A stretch of 64,000 nt of DNA from positions 43,772,001 through 43,836,000 of the forward strand of contig OZ024744.1 in assembly GCA_964016885.1 (NCBI GenBank), given 5' to 3'. This document shows, one piece after another, positions 39,201-52,370 of the stretch. Position 1 is the stretch's first letter; each line of letters begins with the position of its first letter. The DNA is from Eledone cirrhosa. Its lineage: Eukaryota. A model generated the notes under the pieces. It was not told the origin of the DNA, did not search any database, and saw only the letters and a program-made list of their open reading frames with translations. The position numbers and the translations under genes are program-made.

Positions 39201-42200
39201 ATAGGGTGGTATGTATATAGAGGTAATATAGGGTGGTGTCTAATATAGAGGTAATATAGGGTCGTGTCAAAGATAGAGGTAACATATGGTGGTGTCTGAT
39301 ATAGGTAAAATAGGGTGGTGTCTATTGTAGAAGTAATATAGGGTGGTGTCCATTATAGTAGTAACATAGGGTGGTGTCTTGTATAGAGGTAATACAGGAT
39401 GGTGTCTAATATAGAGGTATTATAGGGTGGTGTCTATTATAGTTCCAACATAGGGTGGTGTCATTATAGAGGTAACATAGGGTGGTGTCTTATATAGAGG
39501 TAACATAGGGTGGTGTCTAATATAGAGGTAACATAGGATACTGTCTATTATAGAGGTAATATAGGGTGGTGTGTATTATAGAGGTAACATATGGTGGTGT
39601 CTATTATAGAGGTAATATAGGGTGGTGTCCATTATTGAGGTAACATAGGGTGGCGTCTTGTATAGAGGTAATACAGGATGGTGTCTAATATAGACGTAAT
39701 ATAGGGTGGTGTCTAATATAGAGGTAATATAGGGTGGCGTCTAATACAGAGGTAACATAGGGTGGTGTCTAATTTAGAGGTAACATAGGGTTGTATCTAT
39801 TATAGTGTTAACATAGGGTGGTGTCTCATATAGATGTAACATAGGGTGGTGTCTATTATAGAGGTAATATAGGGTGGTGTCTATTATAGAGGTATCATAG
39901 GGTGGTGTCATTATAGAGGTAATATAGTGTTGTGTCTAATATAGAGGTAACATAAGTGGGTGTCATTATAGAGGTAACATATGGTGGTGTCTAATATAGA
40001 GGTAACATAGGGTGTTGTCTAATATAGAGGTAATATAGGGTGGCATCTAATACAGAGGTAACATAGGGTGTTGTCTAATATAGAGGTAATATAGGGTGGT
40101 GTCTATTATAGAGTTAATATAGGGTCGTGTCTATTATAGTAATAACATAGGGTGGTGTCTAATATAGAGTTGTCATAGGGTGGTGTCTAATATAGAGGTA
40201 ACATAGGGTTGTGTCTAATACAGAGGTAATATAGGGTGAAGTAAGATAGGGTGGTGTCTAATATAGAGGTAACATAGGGTGATGTCTAATATAGAGGTAA
40301 CATAGTGTGGTGTCTATTATAGAGGTAACACAGGGTGGTGTCTAGTATAAAGCTACGATAGGGTGGTGTCTAACATAGAGGTAACATAGGGTGGTGTATA
40401 TTATTGAGGTATCATAGGGTGGTGTCTTATATAGAGGTAATATAGGGTGGCATCTAATACAGAGGTAACATAGGGTGGAGTCTATTATAGAGGTAACACA
40501 GGGTGGTGTCTAGTATAAAGCTACGATAGGGTGGTGTCTAATACAGAGGTAACATAGGGTGAAGTAAGATAGGGTGGTGTCTAACATAGAGGTAACATAG
40601 GGTGGTGTATATTATTGAGGTATCATAGGGTGGTGTCTTATATAGAGGTAATATAGGGTGGCATCTAATATAGAGGTAACATAAGGTGGTGTATATTATA
40701 GAGATATCATAGGGTGGTGTCTAATATAGAGGTAATATAGGGTGGTGTCTAATACAGAGGTAACATAGGGTGAAGTAAGATAGGGTGGTGTCTAATGTAG
40801 AGGTAAGATAGGGTGATGTCTAATATAGAGGTAACATAGGGTTGTGTCTATTATAGAGGTGATATAGGATGGTATATATTATAGTGGTAACATAGTGTGG
40901 TGTCATTATAGAGGTGACATAGTGTGGTGTCTAATATAGAGGTAATAAATGGTGGCCTATAATACAGATGTAACATAGGGTAGTGTCTAATATAGAGGTA
41001 ATATAAGGGGGAGTCATTATAGAGGTAACATAGGGTGGTGTCTAATATAGAGCTAATATAGGGTGGTGTCTATTATAGAGGTAAGATAGGTAGGTGTCTA
41101 TTATAGATGTAACATATGGTAGTGTCTAATATAGAGGTAACATAGGGTAGTGTTTAATATAGAGGTTATATAGGGTGGTCTCCAATATAGATGTAACATG
41201 GTGTGGTGTCTATTATAGAGGTAACATAGGGTGGTGTCTAATATAGAAGTATATCGGGTGGTGTCTATTGTAGAGGTAATATAGGGTGGTGTCATTATAG
41301 AGGTAACATAGTGCGGTGTCTATTATAGAGGTAATTTAGGGTGGTGTCTATTATAGAGGTAACACAGGCTTAAGTCTAGTATAGAGGTAATATAGGGTGG
41401 TGTCTAATTTAGAGGTAACATAGGGTGGTGTCTTATATAGAGGTAACATAGGGTGGTGTCTAATATAGAGGTAATATAGGGGCTGGCTAATACAGAGGCA
41501 ACATATTGTGGTGTCTAATATAGAGGTAACATAGGGTGGTGACCATTATAGAGGTAACATAATGTGGTGTCTAATAGAGGTAACATAGGGTGTTGTCAAG
41601 TATAGAGGTAACATAGGGTGGTGTCTATTATAGAGGTAATATAGGGTCGTGTCTATTATAGTGTTATCAGAGGGTGGCACCTAATATAGAGGTAACATAA
41701 GGTGGTGTCTAATAGAAGAAACATAGTGTGGTGTCTAATATAGAGGTAATATAGGGTGGTGTCTATTATAGAGGTAACACAGGGTGGTGTCTAGAATAAA
41801 GCTATGATAGGGTGGTGTCTAATATAGAGTTAACATAGGGTGGTGTATATAATAGAGGTATTATAGGGTGGTGTCTAATATAGAGGTAACAAGGGTGGTG
41901 TCTATTATAGATATAACATATGGTGGTGTCTAATATAGAGGTAACATAGGGTAGTGTCTAATATAGAGGTTATATAGGGTGGTCTCCAATATAAAGGTAA
42001 CATAGGGTGGTGTCTATTATAGAGGTAATATAGGGTGGTGTCTAATATAGAGGTAGACATAGGGTGGTGTCTAATATAGAGGTAATATAGGGTGGTGTCT
42101 AATATAGAAGTATTATGGGGTGATGTCTAATATAGAGGTAATAGAGGGTGGTGTCTATTATAGATGTAACATATGGTGGTGTCTAATATAGAGGTAACAT

Positions 42201-45200
42201 AGGGTAGTGTCTCATATAGAGGTTATATAGGGTGGTCTCCCATATAGATGTAACACAGGGTGGTGTCTATTATAGAGGTAACATAGGGTGGTGTCTAATA
42301 TAGCGGTAACATAGGGTGGTGTCTAATATAGAAGTATATTGGGTGGTATCTATTGTAGAGGTAATATAGGGTGGTGTCATTATAGAGCTAACATAGGGTG
42401 GTGTCTAATATAGAAGTAATATAGGGTGGTGTCTAATATAGAGGTAATATAGGGTGGTGTCTATTATAGAGGTATCATAGGGTGGTGTCTATTATAGATG
42501 TAACATAGGGTGGTGTCTAATATAGAGGTAACATAGGGTAGTGTTTAATATAGAGGTTATATAGGGTGGTCTCCCATATAGATGTAACATAGGGTGGTGT
42601 CTATTATAGAGGTAACATAGGGTGGTGTCTAATATAGCGGTAACATAGGGTGGTGTCTAATATAGAAGTATATTGGGTGGTGTGTATTATAGAGGTACCA
42701 CATGGTGGTGTCTAGTATAGAGGTAACATAGGGTGGTGTATATTATAGAGGTACCACATGGTGGTGTCTATTATAAAGGTAATATAGGGTTGTGTCTATT
42801 ATAGGGGTAATATAGGGTCGTGTCTATTATAGAGGTAATATAGGGTCGTGTCTATTATAGAGGTAATATAGGCTCGTGTCTATTATAGGGGTAACATAGG
42901 GTGCTATGTATATAGAGGTAATATAGGGTTGTATCTTATATAGGGGTAACATAGGGTGGTGTCTATTATAGATTTATTATAGGGTGGTGTCTAATATAGA
43001 GGTAATATAGGGTGGTCTCTAATATAGAGGTAGTATTGGGTCGTGTCATTATAGAGGTAACATAGGATGGTGTCTATTATAGAGGTAATATAGGGCGGTG
43101 TCATTATAGAAGTAACATAAGGTGGTGTATAATATAGAGGTAACAGGGTGGTGTCTATTATAGAGGTAACATAGGGTGGTGTCATTATAGAGGTAACATA
43201 GGGTGGTGTCTACTGTAGAGGTAACATATGGTGAGGCCTATTATAGAGGTAACAAAGGGTGGTGTCTACTATAGAGGTAACATATGGTGAGGCCTATTAT
43301 AGAGGTAACATAGGGTGGTGTCTAATACAGAGGTAACATAGGGTGTTGTCAAATATAGAGGTAACATAGGGTGGTGTTTATTATAGAGGTAATATAGGGT
43401 CGTGTCTATTATACTGTTAACAGAGGGTGGTACCTAATATAGAGGTAACATAGGGTGGTCTCTAATATAGAAGAAACATAGTGTGGTGTCCATTATAGAG
43501 GTAACATAATGTGGTGTCTAATATAGAGGTAATATAGCGTGGCATCTAATACTGAGGTAACATAGTGTGGTGTCTAAAATAGAGGTAATATAGGGTGGTG
43601 TCTACTATAGAGGTAACACAGGGTGGTGTCTAGAATAAAGCTACGATAGGGTGGTGTCTAATATAGAGGTAACATAGGGTGGTGTATATAATAGAGGTAT
43701 TATAGGGTGGTGTCTAATATAGAGGTAACATAGGGTGGTGTCTAGTATAGAGGTAACATAAGGTGTTGTCTAATATAGAGTTAACATAGGGTGGTGTCAT
43801 TATAGAGGTAACAAAGGGTGGTGTCTAATACAGAAGTAAAATAAGGCGGTGTCTAATATAGAGGTAATATAGGGTGGCGTCTAATACAGAGGTAAGATAG
43901 GGTGGTGTCTAATATAGAGGTAACCTAGGGTGATATCTAATATCGAGATAACATAGGGTTTTGTCTATTATAGAGGTAATATAGGATGGTATATATTATA
44001 GTGGTAACATAGTGTGGTGTCATTATAGAGGTAACATAGGGTGGTGTCTAATATAGAGGTAATAAAGGGTGGCGTCTAATACACAGGCAACATAGGGTGG
44101 TGTCTAGTATAGAGGTAACACAGGGTGTTGTTTAATATAGAGGTATCATAGGGTAGTGTCTAATATAGAGGTTATATAGGGTGGTCTGCAATATATAGGT
44201 AACATAGTGTGGTGTTTATTATAGATCTAACATAGGGTGGTGTCCATTATAGAGGTAACATAGGGTGATGTCATTATAAAGCTAACATAGGGTCGTGTCT
44301 AATATAGAGGTAATTTAAGGGGGAGTCATTATAAAGGTAACATAGGGTGGTGTCTAATATAGAGGTAATATAGGGTGGTGTCTATTATAGATGTAACATA
44401 TGGTGGTGTCTAATATAGGGGTAACATAGGGTAGTGTCTAATATAGAGGTTATATAGGTTGGTCTCCAATATAGAGGTAACATAGGGTGGTGTCTAATAT
44501 AGAGGTAACATAGGATGGTGTCTAATATAGAGGTAATATAGGGTGGTGTCTAATATAGAGGTAATATAGGGTGGTGTCTAATATAGAAGCAATATGGGGT
44601 GGTGTCTATTATAGAAGTATTATAGGGTGGTGCCATTATAGAGGTAACATAGTGCGGTGTCTATTATAGAGGTAATATAGGGTGGTGTCTAATATAGATG
44701 TAACTTAGGGTGGTGTCATTATAGAGGTAACATAGGGTGGTGTCATTATAGAGGTAACACACGTTGGTGTCTAGTATGAAGGTAATATAGGGTGGTGTCT
44801 AATATAGAGGTAATATAGGCTGGTGTCATTATAGAGGTAACATAGGGTGGTGTCTAATATAGAGGTAACATAGGGTGGTTTCTAAAATAGAGCTAACATA
44901 GGGTAGTGTCTAATATAGAGGTAATATAGGGTGGTGTCTAATATAGAAGTATTATGGGGTGGTGTCTAATATAGAGGTAATAGAGGGTGGTGTCTATTAT
45001 AGAGGTAGTATAGGGTGGTGTCATTATAGAGGTAACATAGGATGGTGTCTAATATAGAGGTAATATAGGGTGGTGTCTATTATAGAGGTAAGATAGGGTG
45101 GTGTCTATTATAGATGTAACATAGGGTGGTGTCTAGTATAGAGGTATTATAGGGTGGTGTCTATTATAGTGGTAACATAGGGTGATGTCCTTATAGAGGT

Positions 45201-45590
45201 AATATAGGTTGGGGTCTATTATAGTGGTAACATAGGATGGTGTCTATTATAGAGGTAATATAGCGTGGTGTCTAATATAGAAGTAATATAGGGTGGTGTC
45301 TATTATAGTGGTAACATAGGGAGGTGTCTAATATTGAGGTAATATAGGGTGGTGTCTTGTATAGAGGTAACATAGGGTGGTGTCTAGTATAGAGGTATTA
45401 TAGAGTGGTGTCTATTATAGTGGTAACATAGGGTGATGTCCTTATAGCGGTAATATAGGTTGGGGTCTAATATAGAGCTAACATATGGTGGTGTCTTATA
45501 TATGGTGGTATCTATTACAGAGATAACATAGGGTGGTGTCTAATGTAGAGGTAACAGAGTGTGGTGTCATTGTGGAGGCAATATAGCATG
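36238..45590 (+). repeat. 28-bp satellite, block 3 (most diverged; array edge at ~45,590)
   Basis: Same monomer with many variants; decays into unique sequence at ~45,560-45,600. Confidence 0.97.
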
Positions 45591-45602
45591 CTGTATATTT
45601 CT

Positions 45603-46060
45603 GATTTAGAGTAATAAATCAATAAAAATAACAAACCTATATCGGGCAGCAGCCTTTGATACGCAGCGAGACCTAAATCTGTTTCGCAAGAATTAATAAT
45701 TGAAAGCCAACATTCCTGTGCTCGTCAGTAGGTATCCAGAATTTCGTAATTTTTACTTCAAAGTATCTGAGAAGACTGAAAGATTTGCCGATATAAAAGC
45801 ACATGTTGCAGCGCCTAGCGCGTCTCATACTGATGCTGCTAAAAATAGCAGCCGGGTTTATGAGACTAAATTTAGCTGTACGTAAGGAGCCGAGAATATC
45901 ATAGATTGAGTTAGAAACTAAAAATAGATACCTTCTGATGAGCATAGGAATGGTGGCTTTCACTTAATAATCCTTGCGAAACATATTTAGGTTTGTCTGG
46001 CTATCAAAGGCTGTTTCGCGGTATATGTTTGTTATTTTTATTGATTTATTACTTTAAATC
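45603..46060. mobile_element. Inverted-repeat element (~135-bp imperfect arms) with a hammerhead motif in each arm; Penelope pLTR- or retrozyme-like
   Basis: 45603-45737 is the reverse complement of ~45927-46060; cores are CTGATGA...GAAA (+) and CTGACGA...GAAA (-). Confidence 0.75.
45927..46005 (+). ncRNA. Type I hammerhead ribozyme motif
   Basis: CTGATGA (45935), stem II GCATAGGA/TCCTTGC, GAAA (45978), stem III ACA/TGT, GTC triplet (45995-45997); stem I imperfect. Confidence 0.65.
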
Positions 46061-46543
46061 GAGACAGGCAATCCATATTGTTTTAAGTTAGTATTTTTTC
46101 AACTTAGCTAACTTGGTCATTTGCATATGGATATATGGATATATATAAATATATACATATATATAATTGAATATATGAGAGAGATGAACACAGATATAAG
46201 TATACATGTGTTCCAATTGCAAATGATTCTGTTAGTAGAAATGGAGGAGGGAGTTATGTCTGTGTGGCGGGTATGGTTAGCATGTTAAGGTGTTAGAGTA
46301 TTAACGTATGTTAAGGTATATTTAGCTCTGGTTTTTATTTTAGAATATAGAAAGTGATATGTGTGTATGTGTGTATGTATGTGTCTGTTTGGATGGTTAG
46401 CATGTTATGGTGTTAACATAATGTATATTAAACTATATTTAATGCTGGTCTATATTTTTGAATAAACATATTTTCCTTATTTATTCGTATTTGTTCTGTT
46501 GTATTGGCAGGGCAAAGCTAAAGTGGGGAGACTTAGAATTTGG

Positions 46544-46586
<43 letters not shown>

Positions 46587-46765
46587 AATAATAATATTAT
46601 TTATACTTATATATACACTATATATAATTATAACCAGGTAAGGTTAGTAATTCATTACTACCTTATTTTCAGTAAGAAAAATAGTTCAACGTAAATACAT
46701 CAGATGTTTTACAGAGCAGGAATATAAATTACAGAATAATCAAAACTATGTTCAAAACATTTTAT

Positions 46766-46812
46766 TTCTGACAATCGTTTCTTCCAAACTTTCGTTTGGA
46801 ATCATCGGAGCA
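46766..46812 (-). ncRNA. Minimal type I hammerhead ribozyme motif (one core substitution)
   Basis: Minus: TGCT-CCGATGA-TTCCAAAC-GAAA-GTTTGGAA-GAAA-CGATTG-TC-AGAA; perfect 8-bp stem II with a GNRA loop. Confidence 0.7.
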
Positions 46813-47584
46813 CTAGCAAAGTTTAGACATATAATTAACGTCCTATTCTACAGAACAAACATAAAGATACATAGATATTAATGTTATCATCAACAGTGTC
46901 ATATTTACAGAGTGGAGATGTTGAGGTCAGTAACAGTGGATGTGACAAAGATTACAAAAGAATAATATAACAATTATATAGGAATTAAGGCAGAAAGTTA
47001 CTCGCAAAACGAGGACATTAGCAGTACATATGCAAGCGTATAGAGAGTGCAAATGTGTTAGGCGTGTACAGAATAGCTAGGTAGGAAACAAGCAATTGTA
47101 CTAGGCATATATATTACAGTGTGGCAAAGGTATCACATAATACAATACAGGTATAAAAGCATATTAAGCAGACAGAGATATTTGTGTATTGAAAGTAGTT
47201 TCTATGAAGTTTATAGTGGATGTAGTGTGATAATTGTTCCGGTAATGTTCAAATGTGCATGTGTTGTGGGTATTAATAATAAGGTTTTCCTTTCCATTAC
47301 ATTGGTTATATTTTAATAATGTTTATTAGTAGTTACAACTATGTTTGTATATTGGTGCTATTACAATCTTATCCAGAGTTGAGTTGTTCTGGTGTGATTT
47401 GTCTAACGGTTTAATTTCAGGAAGTGGATTACAGATCTATATTAAGGGGAGCTAATGTGAAAGGGGAGATAATTAGTGATTAATTTGTATATAATAGAAA
47501 AAATGTATAGTTGTTTACAGCTTCAATTAGTTAGATTCCTTGTGCTAATATACAATATATTATGTTTTAAGTGAATCCCTTTTA

Positions 47585-47770
47585 TATAATTATTTCTAGT
47601 TTTGGCACAAGGCCGGCAATTATCCCAGTGTATTACTGGTACTTTATTTTATCGACCCCGTAACTATGAAAGGCAAAGTTAACTCCGGCGGGTTTTGAAC
47701 TCAGATCATAAAGGGCCGTAACTCTTTTCTGCAAAGCATGGCGTCCGACCCTCTACCGATACTGCCAATC
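47585..47770 (-). mobile_element. tRNA-derived SINE
   Basis: Minus strand A box TGGCAGTATCGG and B box GAGTTCAAAACC; inverted homolog of 47846-48030. Confidence 0.8.
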
Positions 47771-47845
47771 CTATATAATGCTATTTATTTATATATTTAA
47801 TTTTAAATACAATCTATTCTCCTATAATACATTAAAGGTCTCATT

Positions 47846-48030
47846 GAATTGGCAGTATCGGTAGAGGGTCGGACGCCATGCTTTTCAGCATAGTTACGTC
47901 GCTTTACGGTCTGAGTTCAAATCCCGTCGAGGTTAACTTTGCTTTTCATCCTTACCGGGTCGATAAAATAAAGTACCAGAAATGAACCGGGTAATTGCTG
48001 GCCTTGTGCCAAAAGTAAAAACAATTATAT
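47846..48030 (+). mobile_element. tRNA-derived SINE (resembles octopod SINEs)
   Basis: A box TGGCAGTATCGG, B box GAGTTCAAATCC, body GGGTCGATAAAATAAAGTACCAG...GGCCTTGTGCCAAAA. Confidence 0.8.
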
Positions 48031-48299
48031 TATTATCTACCCATTACTGAATAAAATATAAGTAAGCTATAGTAGTTATATTAAATGGTGGTAACTTTAT
48101 GTTTATTCTTAATAGTTATTGTAGAGTATAACATTTGAGATAAATATGAGGTAAGTAGAGAAATGAGCTGATCATAGAGTGTGATGCTGTGGGGGTAATT
48201 ATATGCTGATAAAACCTAGAGGTGAAGTGTTAATGGTGGTGAGGAATCCAGATCTGACATTGTTATATACTAGCATCTAGGTTTAAAGTTGTGGAAAGA

Positions 48300-49640
48300 G
48301 TGCCGGTGGTAATGTTGGCACATGGAAAAATTTCTGATTTTCTATTTAAGAAGTTTAGTTTAGAATAGATTATAGTGCAGGTCTCTAAAATATAGAGGTT
48401 ACATAATTTATTCGGGGTTTATACGATGCGGCCTAATCTATTACTACCCATTGAAGTGTGTATGGTCTATTTTTAGTTTTCAGATAGTGTATGTAGTTAG
48501 ATAAAGAAGTGGAGTTGGCTAGATTGCGATTTTTGAAAGTGAGATGCGAGTTATATCTCGTCTTAAAGCAGATCGAAGTAGAACCGATATATGTTTTTGA
48601 AGAGATGTTTGTATTGACTGTGCATGAGTAACTTATGTCTTTGATTAAGTAATTTTTACCTAAGGGGCACGTTCTATTTGTTCTACAGTTACAGTTATTC
48701 TGGTTGTTTACTTGCTGGTTAATAGGGTGTGTAGATGCATGGTTGTTAGGGGTAGTATTAGGGTAATGATGATTATCATTCTCCTTGTTATTAATTTCAT
48801 TAGTGCTATTACTATTGTTGCTACTAGAATTGCTCTGGTATTATGATTTAATTAGTTGAAAATAATTATTAATCTTCCTTTTATTACTACTAGCTATATA
48901 GTATATATAGTACGCGATGTTAGAATAAGAGATTTTAATGGTATTTTTATTGATAAGATTATGGTATTTGTGGCCGACTGGGAAGTTTTTTTCTAAGATT
49001 GTGAAGAAAGCCTTAGGCAAGTTGGTAGAGACGTTTAGATTGAAAGGGGGGATTGAAAAATGTATTAGTTCTACTATTTTTGTTTTTTGTAATGTTATTT
49101 GAGGTTTGTTTATATTTGTTTATATTATTATTGGGGTGTTTATTTTGGTGCGAGTTAAATTTGATATTACCCTTCGTACTATAGTTATAGTGGTTAGTAC
49201 TTTTATTATTTTTCTTCATGGCCATATTGTGAGAAATAATGTTGTAACTAGGTGATTTTATGGGTAAAAATTTAATTTCATTTTTATGTCCTGATTTAGC
49301 TAAGGCCTCATTATAGTATTGGGAATCACTGTTAAATATGGTTTCATTATATGATAGAGTAGAAATTCTATTTGATATTCCTTTAGTAATTGAGTTTAAT
49401 ATGGAGTTAGGGTGGTTAGAGTTGATATCCACATAAAGTAGTTTTTCGTTTGGTTTATGAAATGGTGTATATATTTTAGAGTCCAGGCAAAGGGTAGCAT
49501 CAAGAAAGTTAACGTTTTTAGTGTTTTTATCTAAGGTAATACCTAAGTTAATACCTAAGTTATCTAAGGTAATATCTAAGGTAATATCTAAGTAATACCT
49601 AAGTTTTTGAAAAATGTATGTAATTGTTTCCTAGTTCTTT
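48300..49640 (-). pseudogene. Penelope-like element fragment: RT C-terminus, Asn-rich linker, GIY-YIG endonuclease (disrupted)
   Basis: VNFLDATL...FHKPNEKLLYVDINSNHP...YYNEALAKSGH; FNPPF; CNCRTNRTCPLG; YIGST..FKTRYNSH; stops and frameshifts. Confidence 0.88.
49529..49604. repeat. ~12-bp tandem repeat (CTAAGGTAATAT/C) near the 5' end of the Penelope fragment
   Basis: About six imperfect copies visible. Confidence 0.8.
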
Positions 49641-49834
49641 ATGTATGTATATATATATAAATGATATTAATAAATGGAAACTATCTTTATAAACCCATAT
49701 TTATTTTATTATATATATTTTTTAAGGGTACCAACATTTTGGTACGCACTCATCAGATAAAATACAAAAATTCTTTTACAGATAGTGACATAATATTCAA
49801 AACTAGAACTCACGTTTTGAGTTCTGTTTGAATA

Positions 49835-49982
<148 letters not shown>

Positions 49983-49989
<7 letters not shown>

Positions 49990-50719
49990 GTGTATTTTGC
50001 AATACACTGTATGCTTCATAAAAAGCATTTTGAAGACCATACGTTATTGTTTTAAAATAGTGACAATGTCACTTCTTTAAATTTTCAGCAAACAGTGGAG
50101 ATAAACTGACAGAGCTCTGTTTCGTACTTTTTGGTACTTATCAATGTTCACTACCCCTCCTGTTTACCGAAAATTATGTGTGTTGGATTCTTATAGAATT
50201 CCAGTAATAATCAGGAACTGATTATACAGAGCGGTCGCCGGTCCAGTAGAAATTGAAAATTAGAATTGGTGCTCTGAAATAGCGATATATATATGAATGT
50301 ATATATAGTGTATTTTGCAATACACTGTATACTTAATTAAAAGCATTTTGAAGACCAGATGCTATTGTTTTAAAATAGTGACAATGTCACTTATTTAAAT
50401 TTTCAGCAAACAGGGGACCGGCGACCGCTCTGTATAATCAATTATTGATTATTACTGGAATTCTATAAGAATCCAACACACATAATTTTCGGCAAACAGG
50501 AGGGGTAGTGAACTTTGATAAGTACCAACAAGTACAAAACAGAGGTCTGTCAGTTTATCTCCCCTGTTTGATGAAAATTTAAATAAGTGACATTGTCACT
50601 ATTTTAAAACAATAACGTATGGTCTTCAAAATGCTTTTAATTAAGCATACAGTGTATTGCAAAATACACTATATATACAATCATATATATATTGCTATTT
50701 CAGAGCACCAATTCTAATA

Positions 50720-50722
<3 letters not shown>
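49983..50722. mobile_element. Retrozyme-like element copy 1: ~1.35 tandem copies of a 318-bp unit followed by an inverted copy
   Basis: TGTATTTTGCAATACACTG at 49991 and 50309; 50415-50722 is the reverse complement of the unit; degenerate hammerheads at 50104-50148 (-) and 50511-50555 (+); (TA)n on both sides. Confidence 0.8.
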
Positions 50723-50793
<71 letters not shown>

Positions 50794-51009
50794 AATGGAA
50801 GTACAGCATAATCGAAGCTCGAGCCGCAGCTAAGCCAACAAATGCAATCAGAAAGTACAGCCAAGCACTCGATAAGGTATAAAACCTTAGAGTAATAACA
50901 TTACGTTTAAAGTGCTTTGGAAATGGAAGATAGCGACCGGTAATTTAGCCGCGGGGACTGTAGCAACGAAAGAACTGACTCGCGAGAAAAAATATACACA
51001 CACACACAT

Positions 51010-51340
51010 ATATATATGTCCTACCTTTAGCAAGGTAGGACTTAAGGTAGAGATGGAACCCAATAGAAAAATAGTGAATTTCCTGGACACCACCCTCAAC
51101 CTCAACACCAAGCTACACCACCCATATCATAAACCCAATGAGAAGCTGGTGTATATCAACGCTGAGTCTAATCACCCTACATCTATAGTTAAGGCCGTAG
51201 TTAAGAGTGTCTCTGACAGGATCTCTAACTTGTCGGCTAATAAAGAGATATTCAATAGTAACGCTGATTACTATAACTCAGCGCTACCTAAGGCGTCCCA
51301 CAGCCATAGGATCAGCTATAACCCTAAGGGACATGATCAA
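51010..51340 (+). pseudogene. Penelope-like RT C-terminal fragment
   Basis: KIVNFLDTTLNL...PYHKPNEKLVYINAESNHP...RISNLS...YYNSAL in ORF 50912-51361; homologous to 49013-49520 (-). Confidence 0.85.
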
Positions 51341-51972
51341 GATGACCCAATCGTTATCTAATGTTTAAAACATAAATAGCTGCGATATATGCACCATATC
51401 AATCAAAAACGATATGAGAATTGAATACCATACTAAAGCGCCAGTAAGCTTGCTAAGAATCTGCAGGTAGAAATTTTAATAAATACAACATTTGGCTTGG
51501 GTAAACTTTAAGATGTTCTTTCATTGTAGGTTTCTTTTCTCAGCCAGTACGTTAAAGAAAATTGATAGTTACAACAATAAAGGTTGAACAGAGAACACAT
51601 TTTTTTAACAAACTTTACAATAATTTGTACAACCATAAATTACATTGTTAGAGCCTCAGAGTATACAATATTTTTTGTTCGGACCTCGAGAGCAAAGATG
51701 AAGAGATTGTTTGGCAAGCTCACTCTAGAGCATCCTACATACAATTGATCTTGTTTTTCCCAGATGAAGACCAGCCACTTTTAGGGTTTGACCCTGAGCT
51801 TTGTTGATGGTAATCGCGAAGCTTAGTCTCTCTGATCTTGCGGCCAGGCTAGGACTTTTTGGGTGGCATATCGGCAGTAACAATGACGATAAGCCGTCTG
51901 TGCTTTCGTGAAATAAATACGTTTGTTTATATTTTGTTTTTGTGTATGCAAAAATATCCGTACACGAATATA

Positions 51973-52018
<46 letters not shown>

Positions 52019-52334
52019 TAACAGATTACAGTTTAAACAAAGAATCGGTGCTTTCACCCTTAACAGGATTGTAGTGGCTGAGATGGTCGCTTGGCAACTA
52101 GCAGTTGCCTCCCCTTAACAACCCTTCAGAGAGCGGAGGCAAAAATACATCCCGACACAGACGCAGGTTCACTCACTCTCTTTGGACCGCGGACATGAAC
52201 AGACGTGGAAAGATTCGCTCCTCAAAATATTGACGTTGTAGGAAATTTACTAATTTATCGCATTTAATAAAATGATTGTTAGATTTGTTTGTTCATTTAT
52301 TTATTCAACAAAGAGAAACATCCCTTTCCTTTAT

Positions 52335-52370
52335 TGGCGACCCTGACGATAAAGAATGAAAACGCAGCCT
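52335..52370 (+). promoter_or_regulatory. tRNA-Trp PBS plus ACGCAGCCT box
   Basis: TGGCGACCCTGACGAT...AACGCAGCCT, 1 nt after the LTR. Confidence 0.8.

Noticed and set aside
4100-43185. Repeated 64-92 aa minus-strand ORFs (PPYITSI/LCYLY)
   Set aside because: Chance readings of the 28-bp satellite cycling through three frames; useful only as higher-order repeat markers
1-45590. CRISPR-like array of 28-bp repeats
   Set aside because: Monomers are contiguous with no unique spacers, no cas genes, eukaryotic context
46265-46460. Diverged ~120-bp local duplication (GGTTAGCATGTTA.GGTGTTA)
   Set aside because: No termini or motif to assign a function
51750-51920. Possible terminal exon TTTTTCCCAG|ATGAAGAC... 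(DEDQPLLGFDPELC*) with AATAAA
   Set aside because: No upstream exons or homology recognisable; may be chance or a transposon remnant
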